64,000 bases of DNA, taken from assembly GCF_009914755.1 (NCBI RefSeq), contig NC_060942.1. The stretch is one strand, 5' to 3'. A model generated the notes under the pieces. It saw only the letters and a program-made list of their open reading frames with translations. It had not been told where the DNA came from and made no database searches. The position numbers and the translations under genes were made by a program. Origin of the DNA: the human T2T-CHM13v2.0 reference genome, Homo sapiens. This document shows positions 55,059-64,000 of this stretch, piece after piece (position 1 is the first letter of the stretch; every line of letters starts with the position of its first letter).

Positions 55059-56744
55059 AAAAAGAGTGGTGTTAGAATTCCAAATTTCTTCCTAGCCTTC
55101 AAATTCTATGACTCAATCCTGGTAAGGCTATGGGGCAACAGTCAATGTCATACTTCTTTGGAGGGTCTAAACACAGTTTCACTTATAGTGGAAACTTGTC
55201 AATGTATTGTTTTAAGTCTAGAAATTCAGTCCACAATATACAATGTAAAGGCAAGGCATGATAGATGAGAATGCTTATCTGAGATTTGTCTATGATAGCA
55301 TACAATTTGGAAACCACTTCAATGTCTAAACAAGGGATTGATTATTTACATTTTGATACATGATTATGCTCTTACTAATACCATGTATTCAAAGACTAGT
55401 TAATGATATTGAAAAAGCTCACAATACAATAATAGGCAAAAAATAAAATAATATATAACATTATAAATACAACACTATCTAATTTTGATTTATACGTGTA
55501 TGTATATGTGCACGTGTTTACACTTTTAAAGGTAAATGTGTGAAAATTAACTTAGTTCTTTGTTTGCTAACATGATTATACATGAGTTATATTTCCAAAC
55601 TTTTGTAAACAAGCATTACTTTCAAAACCAGAAAAAATAAAATATTTGGAAACAAACTGTACTCAACAATATATGTCAAATTCCATGAATCATTTCCTTC
55701 TTTCCTCTTTTCTACTTTTGATCATCTTTACAGACTGATGAAGACCTAAGACCGACTTTCCCTGGATTCCCTAGGAAGCAGTGACATTCTTGCTATAACC
55801 ACTTGCGTAAATATTTAGAATGACCATGCATTTGGAATGACCATATGGGTTTTCTGCCTGGTGACTGTGTTGATGGCACCAAGTTAACCATGGCCTAAAA
55901 CTCTGTTTAAGAATAAGCCCTCTAAAATATTGTTAAATGCACAGTCGTCTGATGCTTCCTATAATAGCATATAGCATATTGTTTTCACTCAATAAATTTT
56001 AAGTCGTAATAATCACTAATAATAATAAGGAGGCAATAAAAAATAACTGGATTCAGTAGCACTGATGCAGTAGCTCTTTATGAGTTCCCGGTAGGGAGAG
56101 CAAGTTGCAAGCAGATCCAAAAAGACCATAGCGTTCGGCATGACAGGCCTTCCAGAACAGCTTGTGAGGCAGAACCAATATCGAGTGTGTACACATACGG
56201 GCCTGAAGTAGTGTCAGTTTGCAGCTCCAGGAACTGGGGCTGGTAAAATAGCATAAGGAGAACTGGAAAAATCTGCCCAGCTCCAGCTATCTCTGAATGG
56301 TATATTTGCTACTATGATAACAAGGTTTGAAAGATCTGACAATGCCATGAACTTGTAGGTAGGCAAACCTAATGTGAACTTGTTCCATTGTAAAACATAT
56401 CTTCCCCAAAGAACCTGCCCTAATTGTCCTAATCCTAGCATTTAATCCCCTTTCTTACTGTTCTTACACTTATTAATATATCGGTGCATTCAGATATTTA
56501 AATATTTTATTTTGTATGTTGAATGCATGTATGCATGTTTATTTCTATAACCTCTTCATGAGTTTTCTAAATTAGAGGATTTACTTCTTGATTTTCTTTT
56601 ATCTTGCTGTGAAATGAGTTTAGAGAGTTAGGGCTCCTAGGAGCAAATACTTGGCTCAATACTAGGAAGCAACAGGGCAGTAGACAAAAGGGCCCAAGGA
56701 CTCATTATACAATTATTTATTCCTTCTATTAATTTCTTTCTGTC

Positions 56745-56858
56745 TTTCTAAGATGTAAGCTGTATGAGGGCACAGTTTTGTTTTATTCATAATGTAACCA
56801 TGGTAACAGAAAAAGTGTCTGGAACATAGAGAACACTCAATAAATATTTTTGAGTGAA
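56745..56858 (+). mobile_element. L2 3' end
   Basis: agatgtaagctgtatgagggcacag...gtgtctggaacatagagaacactcaataaatatttttgagtgaa. Confidence 0.75.
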
Positions 56859-57665
56859 ACAAAATAATATTTTGAAAAAGGTACCCCCCAAGAAAACACA
56901 TCACTATGAGACCATATCTCATTGGCTCTCAAAGATTTTTAAATTCATGAGGGTTATTCAGGATGACTGGGATGAAGCAGGCTTGAGAGCATTCAGCCTA
57001 AAAGCATCATTTTCCTTATACCTATCAGAGAACTGTGTTAAAGTCATTCATTTTTCCAGCCTTTGACATTGACTCGATTACTTCCTGACATTAATTGTGA
57101 CAGATCAAGTTATTTTTCCTTGTCCACCTTTCATTATGCTTTGTAATCCAAGGCATCAATTTTAAACTTGTTTAACCCAAAATAATCACAATGGACCAGG
57201 CCAGAAAAAAAAATTATAAAATTGGCCACAAAGGGGATATTCACTATCCACCTATTTTGTTAAATGACATACTCTACTTGCACACCAGCCATAACAGGAA
57301 AGAAATTCCTATGTGTATAAAACAGAAAGTAAAAGACTTATAATTATAATTGTTATTATTCAATAATCTCTCTTTGTTTTTAGTTAATACACATAGGAAG
57401 TGGATTATGCATTTGCAGTGAGCTTTCAATTATATAGCTGTAGATAGTAAATATGAGATATGCATATGTTGAAGAATTAAGACTACTCAGACTTCCCCCT
57501 GACACCTATTTTTAGGTTTTGCTCTAAGTTTCCGTGTGACCAGGGAATTTAATAATAAAATAGGTGATCAAACAAAATGTACAGAATTGTCTATTGTTGA
57601 AATCACACTCCACAAAGACCATGCTCAACTGCCCTGAGACAAACATCTGCACATGTATTTCAATA

Positions 57666-57667
<2 letters not shown>

Positions 57668-57704
<37 letters not shown>
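57668..57704. repeat. (GT)~18 microsatellite
   Basis: read directly from the sequence. Confidence 0.97.
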
Positions 57705-57705
<1 letters not shown>

Positions 57706-60700
57706 TTTTTCACTGAGGTTGGTCAGTCTCTTTCAGAATGTAAGCTCTTTGGCTGAAATGCCTTACAGCATCCACCCAGAGATAGGCATAGGAACAGCAC
57801 AAGAAACATCTCTGGATTTCTAGTCTTTTGTTTGAAGACCTGTGTTTGGAATCCTACTTTGAGCAGGAAGATCTAGTCTTCATCTGCTTCAAAAGATTTA
57901 CCCTAATCAGCCTCAAAATTTAACATAGATTTTCTCACCTGAAAATGCCCTTAGAGATCTTTTGGTTAAATCCCTGGTTTTGAAACATGAAACTCATTTA
58001 CCTCTTGCTCAAATGGCCATCTGACAAATTCTGGAATGAGAAAATTTTAAAAGTTGAAGTTCAAAGCCTCCGTGTTAAATGTGAACTAGGGGCAAAAGCA
58101 AGGAGGTGCCAGCACCCAGGACAATTGACTATTAGAAAATTTGAAAAAGAGAAATGAAACCAAAGTCTAATACCAAGTTGATCAAGTAGATAAAGCATCA
58201 CTTTTTATATAATAGTAAATCAACAAGACCCCCTTCTCTCCACCTGTGCCTATCTCACAGCAACATTAAAATCATGTTTTCTTTTAAAATCACAGAGAAA
58301 GAAAGAAGGGTCGGAGCACGTAAGAGATATCAGTAGTCTAGTTTTGCAGATAGATTCATTTGGCATGCCCTGGGGAGCAATGATGTTAGTTTCACTTTAT
58401 TAATTGAGAAGATTCTACATCCATGATTCCCACTTTTTCTCATTCCTTTCCTGAAGAGAAGATTCAAGAGGGAGGTAGACATTTCATGTTTAAGTAGAAA
58501 AAATAAAAACTCTCTCTTTTGCTTTTATTGCATGCTAATTAAGCATGATGGGAGTGAGAGATCCTATAGCAATGCAGCAGGCTCGGAACACTGACAAGGT
58601 CAATTATCTCCTGATAAGTCCTGCACCAGCAAAGATTAGTAATATAACTAATATTAATTGAATGTGAGTTCATTGAGTTTTATTTCTTATTTTAAAGTTC
58701 TCTTGGTGGGCGCATGCCATGGTGCACAGAGAATGATGGATGGAAATGATGAAATTGTTAATAAACCCTCAGACCCCTATGGCCCACTGGGCCCACAGAG
58801 TATGCAGGTTTGATTTTTTTTTTCTTTGGTTCCAGCCACCACCACCCTGGTAGGGACTGGCAGGAAACCAAAAAGAGCTGGTTTTGTAATCCAGTTCATT
58901 ACATGAATGAAGAAAGTGCCAGGGTCTTCAAATCTATGAATTCAGAATTTCCCAGTCAAAACTGGAATGAAACTAACTGCATGGTGCCACTTAACAAGAA
59001 TTGGGTCTAGTTGATTTATAAAGACAAAAGATCATACTTCTTTATTGGTTTCTATCATCACAAATAAGTTGCCTATTTTAAAATTTAAAAATTCAATATA
59101 ATGTTTGCTTTTATTTTGCCCAGTTTTCATATAAAATAAGGAAAGCATGTCCATGGAGAGAACTTATTTTGAATGAGTTGAAAGATGGAGGCTAATTTGC
59201 ATTGAGGGTTGGTACTCTTGTAAGTGATTTTAGGGACTTGGGAATTGAGATGCTGCTATTTACATTCAATTTCTTTCCCATGTATCAGACATCAGTTTTA
59301 TATCTGGTGGTAACAGAACTCCGTTAACTGATCTCATGAATTCACACTTCTTCTTTGCAAAGTTGGAAAGAGATGTAAGTGGTTATATTATTTTAAACCA
59401 TAGAGAAAATCAGTAGAGTAATTCTTTGTTTTTGAAGCACTCAGTGTATAAAATGATATAATGCTTTATTTTACCAATCCTTTATTTGTAAAATGCTGTT
59501 TTCCTAAATGTATGGCTAAAATAAATGCCATCCATAAAAATGAAAAGGACGAAACCAATGAAAGTAACTGTAAATGCAATAAAAGTCGCAAAGAACCTAA
59601 AAGCAATTTGAGGACAGCCTGTTTGAAGCCCTGTAGGTGATAATTATACATGAGATTTTAAACATAATGTTAACCTCCAACTTAATTTAATTTAAAAATT
59701 TTCCTACCTACCATGACACCTCCCTCCTATGAACTGATGGTTCAAAATCTGGTAACTCTAATTTGACAACTAGTAACTAACTTTATTGTTTGTACCGCTG
59801 TTGTGTTGTCATTCAACGCAAGTAACTGTCTTTTTCATGTGTGCTGGTCTTTGTTCTTTGATGGATATATTACATGAATATGGAGTCCATTTTATTTAAC
59901 ATTTTCATAGTGTGCAGAGTACCAGGCAAGGCAGAGTATCCACTAAGTGCTAAATACTTAACTGAGTAACTAAAGCTCCAGCTTGTTCAGCATTGGACTG
60001 TAATGGTAAATCAGTGATAGGAATATGGAAGATGTATGTGGAGGTGTTATTTTTCAGGTGAGCCTGATACCTCTAGAGGATCGTCTGGATTTAGAACATG
60101 ATGATCATGCTAAGGAGAGGGGTGGGAATCACAGGAAGCAATACCTACTATTCAAAACAAACATACCATGGCCTGGTGGGAGGCAAGGGATGAGGAAAGA
60201 AACAACTTTTACTGCAGAGAAGAAAGGAGAGGAGATGCATTAGTGGCAAAACAAAGCCATAAGCCAGACTCCTTCAGAGGCACCAGAAGTTCAGTGCAAT
60301 GAAAAAAGCACTGGAGAGGTTACTACCATCTGTAAGTTTACATGTTGATAGCTTAGTGGGGAAGCAATTACAATTATTCAGAAATACTGATGAGAAAGTT
60401 CATAATTAAGGAAAACAAGATTTAAATAGAATATAAATTGTTAAAGGTATTGTTCCATGTTTTGCTTTTTTTACTCATTTTTCTTGTGATCTTCTGCTTC
60501 TATCATCCATTAGAGGGGTCCAGGGCCTGATGATACAGGTTCTGATACACAGCCTATCCGGTGATTTCATCTGCTTATTTTCACTCCCCTGTGAATGGGG
60601 TTGGCAACTGCACCCGCCAAGAAGTGACAGCAGTTGACGGCTAGAATATTAAAGTCAGATGCGTGTGACTGGGGTTCAATGAAAATACGTCAGGAAGGAT

Positions 60701-61509
60701 GAAGCCCGTCCAATTCAGTCGCACATTTTGCGCTGCAATTTTTAAAACCAAAGTACCTGGAGTCTCAATTGAAACACATTGCAATGTCCCATCACCCGTG
60801 TCTTTCAGAATGTGGCCTGACATTGCCTTCTCCATTTCCCATTTTCTCAGTTAAATGCATAACATATTGTAAATGATATTTATTTTATTGTAAATAGGAT
60901 TTGGATTATTTTTTACATCATGGCTGTATGTTTTGCCTCTGCTCTCTCTTAATGTATTTCTGTGAAGTATATAAAAGCAGAGGCCCTGAGAACCCAATCA
61001 GGAATCTTTCTAGTTACTGTGATGGAGAGAGTGACATGTTGGGTTCAGAATCATACATTGAACTTATACTTGGAAATAAACATTGCTTATATGAGTTTTA
61101 ACATTTAAAAAATAGTATCTTTTTGTCCTTATGGAATTGCCCTATGGAAATACCCTTACTCTTTCTAATCCTGTTAAACAGGTAGGATCTAGTTGGTAGT
61201 AGGTAGCAGTTGATGCGGGAAACAAGACATTTTTCTTAATGCTTGAAATGTGACAGGTGTCTTCTACCAATGCTTAAATATTGGAAACTATAGACATAGT
61301 TTCTTACGGTACCTAAAAACCTTACTGTTCATTTTGAAGCCCCTCTCACCAGAAAGGAGTTGAGATAGTTCCCCTCACTCTTATCCATAACCCTAGTACA
61401 TTCCCTTCATATTTCTCCCCTCTGTAGTCCTAAAGGTTTTGAATATGAGGTAGCATGCTAGAAAAGACTGCATGTGGTGGTAGGTGGAGTCTAATCAACT
61501 TTTAATGGT

Positions 61510-61930
61510 ATGTAAAGCCTAGACTTTGAATTATAAGTCTTTAATTCATGATGTGTGTGTTTGGAGTAAGCTATATACATTTTCTGAGCCTCATTCATCA
61601 TCCTTAAGAATAGAACATTAGCATATATTCCAGATAGTAAGAATTAAAGGAAATAATATATGCAAAACACCTGGCTTTGAGAAAAGTAAGAAACAGATGA
61701 GGGTTACTTAAGTCACCTGGGATCCAAACTTCTTTATCATAAAATGAATGCATCTAACTAAATAATACTAGGCACAATAATAGGTCAGGCACTAACATGT
61801 GCTTCATCAGTAGTAGCTCATGGAGCTTTAATTTCAACTCTACATGGTTTTATTTCTATTGTCCCCACATGAAAGATTTAAAAACTGAGGCTTAAAGAAA
61901 TCAATTATGCACCTAAGTACATGACTGACT
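61510..61930. mobile_element. Two MIR fragments in opposite orientation
   Basis: ttctgagcctcattcatcatcc...atatgcaaaacacctggc (plus); aaaactgaggcttaaagaaatcaattatgcacctaag (minus). Confidence 0.55.
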
Positions 61931-63235
61931 TTCACTGAAGCTTGCTTTATAGTTATTGCTATCCCATTTAATAGAAAATAAGATATGTATTTTGGTGAAA
62001 AACTGCAATGAACAGCAAGATAAAACTCATGCCCATATAAACACTGAACTGTTTTTAAAATATTGTTGGGGAATTTCATGTCAAAGATAACCCCTAGATA
62101 TAGGAAATTATCTTATGCAAACATGAAAGTTTATGCTTATGTCAGTTACAGCAATGACCAACTTGCTGGCAAATAATTTCCAGCAACTAAAGCTCTTCTA
62201 TTGCCATTCCAGAGGAAGAAGCTGCAAAAGAGGAATAAAGAAACTAAAAGCAACAAAACCAAACTTAAAAAAAAAAAGGCAAAGGTTCTGAACTGCAAAG
62301 GAAATTGTCATACCATTAACTCTGCTGAATGAAAGAGGAATACAGCCTCCTCCGGTTCTTACAGTTGTGTATAAAATAAGGTAGCAGATTAGAAATAGAG
62401 AAGATATGCTAAAGATGAGATGTGACTGATGACAGCAGACAGCAAAGGAAGGAAGTATAATTGCTAACATGAAATAAAAGTGCTACAGAATGCAGGCCAT
62501 TACCAGAGTAACAGGTCTACAGAGTTGAACCACCTAGAACCATAATGTTTATTCCAATGACTCTGAGACAACAAGAAAGTGTGAAATCCTTCTCATTGTT
62601 ACCATTTAAGAAGACAGAGACTTAACTTAAAAATTTCTTCAAAATATTCAACATAAATATTAAACTGATTTTGTTTCTACTTGCTTTTACTTTGTATAAA
62701 GGTATAACCTCAATTGTCTAAAAATATATATATAATGAAATTGATGAAACCTCTGTTATTACATCTGGGCAAGCAAATGACTTTGAGTCTGTATGGCAGA
62801 TGAATGACTTATCGCCTGAGGTAAATGTTGCATCACAAAGGCAACTTTCAATAGAGTGATTGACTGTGTCCACAAATAGCAATCCATGTTGACTGCCAAT
62901 AAGAAAAACAGTTGATGTGAGAGGATTTTTTCAAGAAGGGAAATAGTGATTTAACACTGCCACCATACAACATGGGTCCTTATTAGAACTTCATTGCCCA
63001 TATGTTTGGTCATAATATTGATTGACTCCATTAGAGGAAAAAGCAAACTTTTTGGTAACATTAAACCAAGCAACTCGTGTGTCATACCTTGGTATACCCT
63101 TCAAAAGTGGTGGTGAATCTAAAAAGATTCAGAACTTCTAGTTTAGACAAGAAATAGAGAAATCATAGGCATGGCCATGTTTGAGTCACAGCCTGTTTTG
63201 GTCTGGTCATCTCTTTTTCTCCTCCTTTGATTACC

Positions 63236-63610
63236 TTTATTTTAATAAAGAGTTGTGGATACATAGTAGCTGTATATATTTATAGAGTACATGAGATGTT
63301 TTGATACAGGTATGCAAAGTGAAATAACCACATCATGGAAATGGAGTGTCATCTTCTCAAGCATTACCCATTGAGTTACAAACAATCTAATTACACTCTT
63401 TATTTTAAAATGTGCACTTAAGTTATTATTGACTATAGTCACTCTGTTGTGCTATCAAATCATAGGTCTTATTCTTTCTTTCTTATTTTTTGGTACCCAT
63501 TAACCATCCCTACCACACCTAACCCTACCCTTCCCAGCATCCAGTGACCATTCTTCTACACTCTATGTTCATGAGTTCAACTGCTTTGATTTTTAAATCC
63601 CATAAATAAT
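63236..63610 (-). mobile_element. L1MA1/2-type 3' end
   Basis: tgtggatacatagtagctgtatatatttatagagtacatgagatgttttgatacaggtatgcaa...tgagttacaaacaatctaattacactc. Confidence 0.88.
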
Positions 63611-63774
63611 GTCTGGTGATAGTATCCAGTCTCATTATTTCAAATATCACCTATGTACTGACAACTTGCTTCCCAGCTCATATTTTTCTCCTAAATTTTA
63701 GCTTATGCCCTCAACAATCTATTCAACATTTTCTCTTCAGGCATGCATTAGACATATGTTTAAAACTGGAATGG

Positions 63775-64000
63775 TGGGAGGCTGAGGCAGGTGGATGATG
63801 AGGTCAGGAGTTCAAGACCAGCCTGGCCAAGATGGTGAAACCCTGTTTCTACTAAAAATACAAAAAAATTAGACATGCATGGTGGTAGGCACCTGTAATC
63901 CCAGCTACTCAGGAGGCTGAGGCAGATAATTGCTTGAACCCAGGAGGCAGAGGTTGCAATAAGCCGAGATTGCGCCACTGCACTCCAGACTGGGTGACAG
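63775..64000 (+). mobile_element. 5'-truncated AluSg-type element, running off the window end
   Basis: starts at tgggaggctgaggcaggtggatgatgaggtcaggag; gccaagatggtg variant. Confidence 0.95.

Overview
AT-rich, CpG-depleted primate (hominoid, probably human) non-coding genomic DNA, either intergenic or deep intronic. I recognise no cellular protein-coding exon, RNA gene or CRISPR array. Roughly half of the window is interspersed repeat: about ten Alus, several old L1M elements (four with recognisable 5' ends), two young L1PA 3' fragments, MaLR/ERVL LTRs (MSTA, MSTB, THE1, MLT1, a MER54/73/74-like LTR), DNA transposons (Tigger3b, MER2, MER20, a half MADE1), MIR/L2 relics and microsatellites. The only genuine protein-like ORF (33326-34564, minus) is the C-terminal third of L1 ORF2p. 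The best-supported notable structure is a nest at 32.8-34.9 kb: a twin-primed, 5'-inverted L1PA inside an AluJ inside an old L1M, with an extra GGAATTCC before the poly(A) and a GAA-triplet Alu tail. Other leads are TSD-less Alus at L1 deletion breakpoints, candidate minus-strand non-coding exons, and several motif- or CpG-rich unique islands that may be enhancers. I found no convincing novel biological system. Subfamily names come from recalled consensus sequences, boundaries are approximate, and both need RepeatMasker/Dfam confirmation.
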